From NCBI GenBank assembly GCA_964247055.1, contig OZ176055.1, forward strand, positions 7,316,001 to 7,380,000: 64,000 nucleotides of DNA. Direction: 5' to 3'. The translations under genes were made by a program, and so were the position numbers. Positions 36,201-47,802 of the stretch are shown here, piece by piece. Below the pieces are notes generated by a model that worked only from the letters and a program-made list of their open reading frames with translations, was not told where the DNA came from and did no database searches. The stretch comes from Paragordius varius. Taxonomy: Eukaryota; Animalia; Nematomorpha. Positions within the stretch are counted from its first letter, which is position 1; each line of letters opens with the position of its first letter.

Positions 36201-39200
36201 TTTTTTACAAATATGTTGTCCTTACATATAAGGCAGGTAACAACATTTTTATTTAAAAAGTCAAAAAAAAAAATTTTCCCATATATAAAGGAGCGATTTT
36301 CATCGGATAATTAACGTTATTTGAATAACATTCTTTAAATTTATGTTTAAATATTACGTAATTTTTTTCAAAAATATATGATATAATATAAATTATGCTA
36401 GAAAAAAACAGGTCGAAATTTAATGATGTTGATTTTAAAAATATTTTATAGAATGAGTTATTAAAAATGATGCAGGATAACAATGAAAAGAATATGTATA
36501 TGCAATTTTGGGTGAAAGGCTTGTTTAAATACAAAAAAGGAAAATACAGAAACAGAAACAACGTGTGTCAAAGTTTTGAAATCCTTTTAATGTAGGGAAT
36601 TTTTATACATTTAAAATTGGGTATCTACCAAAATTAAATCTAAAGAAAATAAATAAATATTAAAATAAGCGAAAATTCGTTTATTGTATTTTAAATATTA
36701 ATAAAAAAAATAATTTAATTATCAATATGGTCATAGGGCAATTTTAAAACATTCTTAGGGCCATGCGGGCCGCGGTTTGAGTACCACTGGTCTAGAATCT
36801 CCCTTTTCCTTTTTTTTATTTAAGGGTAAAGATTTAAGAATCTGTAAAAGCTTACACTTGCCCACCCAGGGCTAACAAAGGTGATGGAAAATTCCACAGT
36901 TTTGAGATTCGAACTTTGACACTCCACACACACACAGAGTGTTAGAATTCGGTTCCCTACCTGTTATCTATCAGGAAAACTCTTTATAATATGGCTTTTC
37001 ACTGTTTATATTTGGCATGGATTCGTTTTATATTTTATCCCCATTATTTATTTATTTTTTTTACATTTTTTATAATGTATAGATGCTGCCGCTTGCGCTA
37101 ATTGCGTGTTTGGTGGAGTAACCACAGGCTGTTCACAGACTCGGAATTACACATTGACAAGATCATCTCAGGGTCAGTTTTATGTAGAGTTTATTAAATG
37201 GAAAAAATAGTATAACACGGCCGCCCACAAAAGTTTTTTTTATTAATTATACATCTTTTGATAACTAAAAATGTCAGGATATGGAATATCGAAATGATAA
37301 ATGCAGTTAGTATACTAAAAAATATTTTAAATTTTCTCCTATCAGCCACAATATATCGCACTTTTAACGTATATTAGGTCAAATTAAATTATAGATGAAA
37401 CCACGTTCGAATCCTATATGCTAATGTGTATCATAAAGACAATTTTAAACACTTTAAGCTTTATACATTATACCACAGAAGTTTTTAAATAAGTAATTCC
37501 TTTGCCATCTAAATTAACTCTAAAAACCTTGTTAATATGCGGTAAAAAAGTTTAAATGTTTAAATTAATTTTTTTACTAATTTACGCTAAAGCAAAAGTA
37601 GCGTACAATTCATAATACATATAATAATGCCGAAAAAACTATCGATTCAGCCTTTTAAATTTAACGGTTTTTAATGCCCAAAAACCATTATAAAGGCCCC
37701 AATAGCGTAAAATATTCATTGAAAGTTTTCGGATATAAAAATAAAACAAATCAAAACACTGAAATGAATTTAGCAACTAATATATATATTGGAGGCGTTG
37801 AATAATTATACGATATTCCGACTTAGGTGCAAAGCTAATTATCAAAATAAGTATTTACACAGTACCCATCGTAACACTTTCCACAAAAACATCGTGATGA
37901 GTCATATAGGTTATGATAAAAATATCTATTAAGATTTTCATGATACTAAGTATCTTAACAAAAATTCTACTTGTATGGAAATGGCCCACATATAGGAAAA
38001 TCAAAAGATTATATATTATGTCTAATGAAATTTTTTTTGGTGCTAATTTTTCATTTATGTTTACAGACATGTATACTTTATTTTATCAAAAATTTACTTT
38101 TTTTCGTTAAATGGGTGAAAATATTTGGTGAATGGAAAAACAAGAGCTTTATGGTATCAACCATATCATATTTATCGAAAAAGTAAAAGAAGTGTGGGGG
38201 AATGGCGTCGGAAATCTTTGATAAAAAAATGAAAATCTTAAAATATTTTTAAAGGGGAATGGTAATATTTTTGTTAATTTTTTAGCATTTTTTATTAATT
38301 TTTTTCGATAAAATTTTTATTTTTAACAAAAAATCGAAATGGATTGTGTAAAATATTCGGAATTAAATTTATTCACAAATTTATTTAAGAGAAATCTGAA
38401 TTGATAGAAACCATCAAATTATGTATAAAAAGTATTGTTAAAATTTTGAATTATTTTAAACTGTTTTATCATGCTTCTAGAGCACATAAACATTTTTAGT
38501 AGCTACAAATCAAAATAAGTTACTATTTAAGAATGTTTTGCTTTTCACATAGTATTTTGAATTACTTTTTTTGTAATAAACTGTTTAGTTTCTGCTAAAA
38601 AAATATTTGGCATTACTCGAGATATTTTATATTTTAAGCTTTTATATGATAAATAAAATAAAACCTACAATCATGCATAAACACAAGTTTATCAGCTCTA
38701 ATTTAGGTTTTTTAATACCTGAAAAAATTACATTTTAATCAATAAAAATTTCCGTTTACCAATTAGCGTTATGAGACGTACTAACATAAAATTCAGTTAT
38801 CAATTTTCTCTTTTGTTTTAAATTTACGACCAAATTGAATCTTGACTATATCTAAAAATAATTTTTCTAGGATTTTATCATCTTTATCATTTTGATATAC
38901 ATTAGCCTGTAGTTTTAACTTCTAGGAAACTTGGTTTTAAGCAGTTAGATACTTTGTTGTATGTATTGATTTTTGTTTGCTTTCAATTTATTGTAAAAAA
39001 AATGTAAAAGTAGTTTACTCAAATGCATTAGCCGATTCACTAATTGTCAAGCACAAATTAAAATGAGACAAAGATTAAAATTTCTAAAAATCAAGTATGA
39101 TTTAATTTATTTTTAATTACTATTTTAATGCGCGCAGCTTCAAACCCATTTAAAGGGCTTTGTGTGACCAGGGGAGCCCCCGGCACAATTGGAACTTGCT

Positions 39201-42200
39201 TTATAAATGTCTATTTCCCTGCCAATTATACCGTCAGTAAGTATTTAAAAAATATAATTTTCTTTAATAATGTGAGAAATAAAAAATACAAATTTTTCAT
39301 CGATATAAATTTTTATCAAGGCAAAAATCAGAAAAACCGCTTATTGTAAAAGAGAAAGATATGATTGATATTTTATAAACATAAAAATATATACAAGAAA
39401 CTAAGTTTATATTAAGCTAAGAATCAATCAAATTAAGGAATTGTATCGGGATTGTGCTTTTGGTTTTAGCCATTACGAGTGATTAAAAAAAGTTTAAACT
39501 TTTGTGGTAAGTGCTCCATATCAGAAAATAATGGCAAAATTTGCGCACATTTTTTAAATAAATTTTTTGATGAAGCTAAATGATTCATTCGAAAATCACT
39601 AAAATATATCATATCTAAATATTAAAATCAAAATATTTTTAAAAAAATCAATTTTTAGATATGGGATCCAAAAATTTCAAATTTTTTTGCTCCAAAATGT
39701 GCTATTAGCTTCATTCGAAAATTACTAAAATATATCATATCTATATATTAAAAGCAAAACAATATTTTAAAACAATTTTAGAAGTGGGCTCCGAAAATTT
39801 AAAATTTTTTTGCTTCAAAATATGCTAGGATGAAAATTTGATTATATGTTAAATTTTGATATCAACCAAAAATATTTTCTATGCATGCTTTTTTCAAAAA
39901 TTTAATTAGAAAAATTTTGTTACAGCGTACTCCATACTATTTTGAGGCATGAGGAAACGGTATAAAAGCGCTTTAAGATATTATAAAAACACTTTAATAT
40001 ATATAACATTTCTATCACCTCAGAATTTTGATTAAAATATTCATTCGTCTTAAAATTTATGTTAAATATAAATTAATTTTCAAAATTTCTCCCAAGTTTC
40101 TAAGCAAACGAACCTTTTATTATGAAGACAAAATAATGTTAAATACCATCGAATAATACAGAAAAAGTTTTATAATATCTTAAAACATTTTATACCGTTA
40201 CCACCATGCTTCAAAATACCATAAAAACGTTTCACCACTTGATATAAATTAAATTTTTGAGCAAAATATCTTTTTTTCGGATATTTTTTGGTCTCAAAAT
40301 TTAGCATATATTAATATTTATCACCCAGTCTCGGCGGTTTTGTGTTTATTTTGACAGAACTGGCCCATAAGAGCAAAAAAATCTGGTACTTTAAATTAAA
40401 ATTTATAAAAAATTATTTTGCTTTTTATATGTAATTCATAATATATATTAGTGATATTTTTTAGACGGAAGCATTTGGCTTTCACCAAAAAAATTTATTA
40501 AAAAATATGCGTAAATTTTGCCATTTTCTATTTAGAACACTTATTACAAAAATATAAATAACTTTCTGACATCCTTAGTAGGGGACAAAATTAAAAGCAT
40601 AATTATAATCCTGATACATTTTCCTATAACAATATATATTTTTTCTCAATATACTTTTTATACCCCCAATTTTGAACGCAGTGTTTAATCAATTGGGTTC
40701 TTTTGTTATTCGTAAACGGTTAAACATTTCTTTTGTTAATTTGGAATGCTTTAATAAAAACTATGGTCGGTTTAAATTTACGATTCGAATTGGGGTATCT
40801 AGTGACTACAGACCATATTTAAATTATAACATTAAAAAACAGCTGAAAGAGACGATTACAATTAAAATTTATTACTAACCTAATTAAATTATATGAATTA
40901 GCCAAAATATTAATAAAATAGCTTCGATACCTTTTTTAGATCACAACATTTTTGCAATATATCATCGTATTTTTGGATTCAAGCGCTAAATTTAAACTTT
41001 TTTTTCAATATTTTATCAAACATTAATGTAAACAGAAAAATGGTTGTTTATTTTGCATTATTATATTTAAATGATGCACACATGTCATGTTTTAATTTTT
41101 ACCATCATGTTTACCCATAAAAGTAACGTCAAGTTTTTTGAAAGTTTCTTTTTTGTATTTCCGTGCATTAATGTTACATAAATGCAAATTTTACAATGGA
41201 TTCATGCCATTTTGAGATATTTGGATTTAAACCGACCTGAGGTCATCACCAAAGGCCCTTATTTATATAAAATCACTAACTGTGTTTTATCAAAGTTTAA
41301 CAGTTTTGTTTTTCAAAATAAATTTAAATATTCAAATGAATTACTACTTTAAATGTATTTGTATCTATTTCGATCTTACCATATACGGAATAATTTATCT
41401 TTCAAAACGTTATCAACATTTGTTTGAAAGATGATAAATCAACTTCTTTAAATCACTGTTAGCAGAAGTTTTTGCTGTTAATGTGATCATTGATTTTCCA
41501 ACCAAAACATTTGCAAACTTAAAAATTTATCAACGTTTCTCCAACAAAACTTAACATATTCCCAATCAAACAACCCCTTACACTTATATATTGCTTTAAA
41601 ATAATATAATTCTTTGAAACGTTCAATTATAACTCCATTTTTAAAAAAAAATTGTTTCACTTTTTAACAATAGTTAACTTTAAATCATGGATAATTTAAT
41701 AATATAAAACTATCCAAGGTTAGTGTTCTTAAATACTATTAATAAAAAGAGTCTTTGGTTGATAAAGTGTTGTGTATAAATGTTAAAGCGTTAGATCATG
41801 TTTGAGAAAAAAATGAAAGCTTATTATTAATTCGAGTAAACTTTTCAAAAAAAACACATTTTTTATAGTGAAGTTATTTATTATTATGCGATTTATAAAT
41901 TCTCTTTCTATTTACAAAAGGCGCTATATTGACAACTGCAGCTGGAGCGGAGACAGAATTTGCCATTCCGACCACCGCTCCTCAGAATGGGGTTAATATT
42001 GTTGCAACCAATCCTCCAACGATTGGCGATCAAAGGGGATATCTTGTGAATAACATCCCCGACACTGTGGGAAATAGTGTGTGCTTTTGGGTATTTTTCA
42101 TACATACATATACATATATATATATATATATATAGTGGTATTTGGGTTCAAAAATTTAATTTAGTCATTTGAGTTTTGGATAAATAAATTCCACTGGATA

Positions 42201-43961
42201 TCTATTTTGCATAAAATTTTAATTCAAAAAGCTCACCACATTCATCTTATATTTTATTAAAACTTGGATGAACGCATTCATTTTAGTCCTTCGATTCAAA
42301 TTGGGGTAGTTGGATACCCCCGGCCTGTTTAAAATTAAATTCTTTAAAAAAAAGGAATAACCATGGCAAAATATTGCACTTATATAACATTAATACACCA
42401 AAATTTATAAAAATTTTTATTCAAAAATACTTGATATCACTTATTTTAACACTTGGATACAACACACTCATTTTAGTCCTTCGATTCAAATTGGGGTAGT
42501 TGGATACCCCAGGCCTGTTTAAAATAAAATTCTTTAATAAATATAGAAGGAATCAAAACCATGCCAAATTTTGCACTTATCTAACATTAATAAACCGAAA
42601 TATATAAAAAAATTTATTTTAAAATACTTAATATTACTTATTTTAAGCTAAAACCGAAAGGTAAAAATTTCGTCACCGTGGCATGTGTCAAATTGTAAAA
42701 TTGAAAAATTATACAAACTAAACCGCTTTTTCTATTCTATCAATGTTAGATGTAATTTATATAAAAAATTAGCTTTAGTTTCACCCTTAAAATTAAATAA
42801 AGACGATATTTTGCAAAAATTTTGTGAAATAAAAATGGCGTCGAAATAGTTTGAGATTGAGCTTTTTTTTCAAAACAAAATTTTATCAAGTTTTGGCATA
42901 TTTATATAATATTTATCAGGATAGAAGCATAAATTTAAATTGAGACCGTTTCCTTCAGTAGTTTTTTAAAAATATTAATTTAAATTTAGTCCCAAATTGA
43001 ATCGAAGTGTTAGGCTAAAACCGAAAGGTAAAAATTTCGTCAACGTGACATATGTGAAATGGTAAAATTAAAATATAATACAAAATAAACCGCTTTTTCT
43101 ATTTCTATCAATGTTAGATGTGATTTAAATAAAAAATTAGCTTTAATTTTACCCTTAAAATTAAATGAAGACGATATTTTGCAAATATTTTGTAATAAAA
43201 ATGGCGTCGAAGTAGTTTGACATGGAACTTTTTTTTCAAAACAAATTTATATTTATATATTTTGGCATATTTATATAATTTATGTTAGGATAGAAGCATA
43301 AATTAAGATTGGGACCGTTTCTTTAAATAGTTTTCTAAAAACCCTAACTTAAATTTAGTCTGCGGTATTTAGATCCAATTTGAAGCTAAGTGTTAAAAAC
43401 ATATGATTTTACCAGTCGGTACCTGAGATGAAAAAATAAAATAGTGCTCTAAAATTTAGATTTATATATATATATATATATATTAAAATAAGGTTTATAA
43501 TTAGCAAATTTTAAATGTAATGTTATCTGATTCTATAATCAAAAGATTATGAGGCTATGCGCAATAACTAATATCAATTATACGGAATTGTTGCTTTAGC
43601 ACACACAAATAAATCTATTAAAATTATATTAAATATCTGATTTTTCATTCTCGCTCTACTTTGTAAATGTCGAAGCTTAACAAATCACTGACTATAATTT
43701 ATTTATTTACTAACATGTTTGATTCCAAAAATATTTTATATGGTAAATTCCCAAAAAACAGCTGGCATCGTGAACCACAAATTTCTTTAACAAAAAATGC
43801 GAAAATTAAAAAAACATATAAATTAACTAATAAATCATTATGAAACTTATTATATGTATAAATTTAATGTTTAAAGTTTACCTTCTTTCGTACATTAGAT
43901 AAATATCCCTGGAAATGTTGGGATTATACCATATACTGGTGGTAGAGGACCCCATCCTTAA
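32710..43961 (+). CDS. Uncharacterised secreted Cys-containing protein, paralog A (166 aa)
   Basis: join(32710..32788,37083..37172,39138..39236,41921..42090,43899..43961) = 501 nt, GT-AG introns, phases 1,1,1,0. MAAPKMNLYAMSIGIMIMLALFPEAIDAAACANCVFGGVTTGCSQTRNYTLTRSSQASNPFKGLCVTRGAPGTIGTCFINVYFPANYTVSAILTTAAGAETEFAIPTTAPQNGVNIVATNPPTIGDQRGYLVNNIPDTVGNSVCFWINIPGNVGIIPYTGGRGPHP*. Identical exon lengths and phases in paralog B support the model. Confidence 0.85.
33223..36789 (-). mobile_element. hAT element of Buster/Charlie type (GTF2IRD2/EPM2AIP1-like transposase relic) in intron 1 of paralog A
   Basis: TIRs CAGTGGTACTCA / TGAGTACCACTG. TSD TTCTAGAA / GTCTAGAA matches the nTCTAGAn preference of this group. 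Relics IVNIVNYLFGREFNRRKF...LLLYTAVRWL and CETAYSKMKYVK...RLTEDNMDDLL. Empty site (GTCTAG) in unit B at ~51348. Confidence 0.9.
33506..34640 (+). mobile_element. Tc1/IS630-like element with ~200-bp TIRs nested in the hAT
   Basis: TA|CAGTCATGTCTATATAG...CTATATAGACATGACTG|TA. Internal DDE relic VCDNAPIHKA...VYLPPYSPQLNPIECFF (~34020-34130). Removing it restores the host frame DDLLRLACFEAKPNLS. Confidence 0.88.
36808..36975 (-). mobile_element. Probable tRNA-derived SINE, antisense in intron 1 of paralog A (homolog ~51356-51505 in B)
   Basis: On the minus strand: an A-box-like TAG..AACAGGTAG, a B-box-like GTTCGAATC (GTTCGAACT in B), a unique body, then AATAAA running into an A-rich tail. No intact cloverleaf. 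Confidence 0.55.
42258..43396. mobile_element. TTAA-flanked (piggyBac-type) non-autonomous element with internal tandem duplications, specific to unit A
   Basis: TTAACACTTGGATAC (42446) ... AAGTGTTAA (43396). Repeated ~190-bp and ~365-bp blocks. Absent at the homologous position in unit B (~61910). Related sequence at ~52960-53460 and 54056-54596. Confidence 0.5.
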
Positions 43962-44295
43962 ACAAACATAGGGTGGAATGTTGTTTCTATTCTATTTACT
44001 TTATTGATATAATATAGTAATTAAATTAACAAATGCACACTGTATTAAATACAAATTAGTATAATTTTTAAATTTATAAATTTTAATGTAGTTCAATTTA
44101 TTATCTGGCACGGGGCATATTTATTATCTATTCATATTTCATAGATTTAACACATTTCGACAAAATGGGGGTCATAAATAAATGTTTTGAATTGTATATC
44201 ATTCAATAGCTGAACGCTGCATATAAATGAATATCGAAATAATTTATTCGGTTAAAATACTAGATAGCCCAAAACAAAAATCGTTTCATACTGGA

Positions 44296-45240
44296 CAAGG
44301 GCGGTTTAAATAATGGCCCTCCCCTTCTCCCCTAAAAATCGTTTGCAATTATCTTCACCTGGCGCATCACTTAGATTCGTAAAAAATATTATATTTAAAG
44401 TTGATAATATTTACATGACTGGGCATTATGAGTCTAAAAGTTTTGCGTTCCTGGTATTTTTAGATATGATGGTTAGTACCCACCCACCTACCCTAACCAC
44501 CGCCAATTCCTTAATCTTAAAGGAGAGCATATATTAATCAACAATTCATGTTTTAAATTTTCGTTTTCTCGATTTTGCATGAGCAAATTTTCTAATTATA
44601 TCTTTTTAACCATTTGATCCGCCATATCCGCTTTAATTGCTTGTAACGATAAATTGCTCAACTTTTTTTCAGGCATCGTGCTTCTAATATAATGATAAAT
44701 TATTTTTAACTTTGAAAATGAACGTTCCGCTGTAGCAACCGTAACTGCAAAAATCAAAACAATAATAATGGTGTTATAACTTCATCACAACTGGCTGAAA
44801 CTGTTGGGTATTTAATAATTAATAGCTCTGGAAATTGTCCGCCATTGTTAATTTGAGCGATCTTAAGCGAATCAAAAACTGACACTATTTGAACTGAAAA
44901 TATTCTCACAAATCATTTGGATAATATTAAATTTTTAGCTGAATTGATAATTCTACTTCACTTATTTTAGTAAACTTTGATGGAAGCAGAAATAAAAACA
45001 TATCCGTTACGCTATAAAAACTGCAGAATCTGTTTTTTGAAAATATTTACTCTAAGCTTATGATCTAAATTAGAAAATCTATGGTCATCGGCAAGTTCAT
45101 CAATATGTCTTTTAATAATTTTGTGTCTCTTATCACTAAAAACAGGTTTTTTATGCCCCATTTTATTTCCATTTACATGGCATCGTTTTTTGCGGTTATA
45201 TAGTCATTTCTATATTTTAATAAGGTTATATTTAAATTTT
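44296..45240 (-). pseudogene. hAT transposase remnant (C-terminal dimerisation domain)
   Basis: Minus strand IFAVTVATAERSFSKLKIIYHYIRSTMPEKKLSNL at ~44650-44760. A TIR-like CAAGGGCGG near 44296 lies at the end of duplication unit A. Outer boundary approximate. Confidence 0.7.
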
Positions 45241-46263
45241 CGAGCTTTGTTTTTGCTTTTATGAGGTCTACATCATTTGATCGTAATATTATTGTAGAGA
45301 CTTTACGTACTAATCAACTTATAATTAAACCGCTTATTGAGATAGTGAAAAAAATGCATTTTTCACTTTTTCTTCCTTTCAATCAATAACAATTCTTTCA
45401 AGCAATCATTACCAACATATCTGTAAATAAAAAAATGGAATTCAAAACGTTCACAGTTGGAGTTGACCAGCAAATTGGAGTTGTTGTTGTATCAACTGGT
45501 TCTATAATTCCTAAATCTAACAATCTGTCCAATTCCTATTCTACCAATGGTTGCAATCGAAAAAGAACTCTTCGGCATGGAAAACATTTTGGTTATGCAT
45601 CCGATATCTGAAAGATTTATATTGGATTTCCGTTGAATCAACCAAGTTCATTTGAAAAAAGTTTAGGAAATCTGTTATTCAGATCCATATTATTATAATT
45701 AAAATTAATATTATTAATTACACCTTTTGGAAATGGCAGATTGTAAGCTTTTATCCATGGTAATCCAAAAATCGGATCAAAATTTCCTTTTGTAACGACA
45801 CATGGTAATGTTTTTTGTTTGTGGAACGTCACATTAACCATCGCTTCCCCATTATGGGAATTTCATTATTGTCATATGTATCATTCGATCGGACCACGTT
45901 AATTTGGGACAACTAATTTGCCTCCATATTTGTTGATTTATGAGACAAAAGTCAGCACCGGTGTCGAAAATCATATTTATTAATTTATTATTAATCTTAA
46001 CCATAATTCTAGGGGTAGTGCCCGCTTTTATAGATCTAATTTGAACTAAATTTCTTACCAACTATGTTTTGCACATTGAACTAAAGTGGTTAAATTTTTT
46101 ACATTTGTAACAAGTTTTTTCCAAGCCGGGCATTTGTTCTTTATTTGGGATAATCCACAAATGGAACAATTGATTTTGTCATTAATATTGTATTTTTCCT
46201 TTTTATTATTATGGCTTTTGCTGACCTTTACTTTCAGTGGCGTACCGAGCATTTGCAGCGCCC

Positions 46264-46678
46264 GGCTTTGTGATCTGGTACAGGAAAACCAGTAGACCCA
46301 TTTAAATCCAAACATCGAAAAAATATAATCATTAATGAATGCCCCGACAATAGCTTCGCCCTTTTTTTAAAATAGGCCCCCAGTTCGGGCCTATGTAAAA
46401 AACAGGTTAAGACAATTTTCCGGAGAACGTGTTGGTGCATTCAATTTTAAATATGATTTTTGTTTATATTTTTGATCGCGCCGAACATAGTCGTCTCGCT
46501 TTTTTAATTTAGGCCCACTTTTTACCCGATCCCCCCGTAAAATTCTATTTTTTTCAAAAAACAAAATCCACATAAATAATATTTTAAATCTATTTTTCGC
46601 CCTAAGTATGAGACCGTAAAAATTCAATATGGATTCCACGTATTCCATGTTAAAATAAGTCAAGCGTTTCTTTGCTGA
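46264..46678 (+). mobile_element. Truncated Helitron-like fragment
   Basis: Matches the 5' interior of copies 3 and 4 (GGCTTTGTGATCTGGTACAGGAAAACC...) but lacks both termini. Confidence 0.75.
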
Positions 46679-46747
46679 GTAAGGAATATCTATCATATGT
46701 ATAGGATGTTAAAAAAATATATGGAAATAAAACACTATTTATGGTAA

Positions 46748-47802
46748 TCTATATATTTATAAGAATGGAAAATGCTAGTTTTGTGATTTGGTACAGGAAA
46801 ACCGGTAGACCCATTCAAATCCAAATATCGAAAAAATATAATCATTAATGAATGCCCCGACAATACCTTCGCCCTTTTTTAAAAATAGGCCCCCAGTTCG
46901 GGCCCACCCCGTGTGAAAAACGGTTTTTTTAAAAAAGTCCACAAAAATTGTGTCTTTGAGACAATTTTCTGGAGAGCGTGTTAGACCATTCAATTTCAAA
47001 TATGATTTTTGTTTTTTTTCGATCGCGCCGAACATAGTCGTTCGCTTTTTTAATTTAGGCCCTCTTTTAACCCGCTCCCCCCGTAAAATGCCATTTTTTT
47101 CAAAAAACAAAGTCCACAAAAATAATTTTTTAAATGTATTTTTCGCCCTAGGTATGAGACCGTAAAAAATCAATATGGATTCCACGTATACCCTGTTAAA
47201 AGGCAAAAATTTTAGTCAAGCGTTTCTTTGATGATTATAGCTGCCGGGTAAAGAGATACCCACTAAAATCTAATTTCTCATGTAATTTTGTGATCTGTTC
47301 CGGAAAGCCGTTGAACCCAATCAAATCCAAATATGGAAAAAATATAATCATTTATAAATGTCCCGACCATAGCTTCGCCCTTTTTTGAAATTAGGTCCCC
47401 ATGACGGGCCTACCCCGTGTAAAAAACAGGTTGAGACATTTTTCCGGAGACCGTGTTGGACCTTCAATTTCAAATATGATTTTTGTTTACTTATTTTTGA
47501 TCGCGCTGAACATAGTCGACTCACTTTTTTGATATACGTCCTCTTTTTACCCGTTACCCCAGTAAAATGCCATTTTTTCAAAAAACAAAGTCCACAAAAA
47601 TAATTTTTTAAATCCATTTTCCCCCCAAGTAATTAATATATTAGTCTGAATGCACCGTTTTAAAATTTCTATAAAATCATATTTAAATAATGTTTCGAAA
47701 TAATCCACATATGTGGATCATTTTATTGTCCTTTATTTGAAATAGCATCCCCCTCCACAAGTCCGAAGGACTTCCTCATGCTGCTAAGCAGATTCACGCT
47801 AG
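46748..47802 (+). mobile_element. Non-autonomous Helitron-like element (copy 4) nested in the hAT
   Basis: A|TCTATATATTTATAAGAATGG at 46748. Ends AAGTCCGAAGGACTT...CACG-CTAG|T at 47802. Confidence 0.85.

Larger units (their letters stand above)
32470..44290 (+). repeat. Segmental duplication unit A (partner 50510-62870)
   Basis: Colinear similarity runs from TAATACAACGCTTCAACACC (~32473 / ~50511) to ...AGCCCAA.ACAAAAA..G.TTCATA (~44290 / ~62870), across exons and introns. Interrupted by copy-specific insertions. Confidence 0.92.

Noticed and set aside
36920-36975. A tRNA gene at the GTTCGAATC motif
   Set aside because: No acceptor-stem pairing or intact cloverleaf, an inserted (CA)n in copy A and a downstream A-tail. 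Better read as a SINE head.
41908-42105. Minus-strand ORFs 41908..42105 and 60360..60668
   Set aside because: Antisense shadows of exon 4 of the secreted-protein genes, extended by (TA)n repeats.
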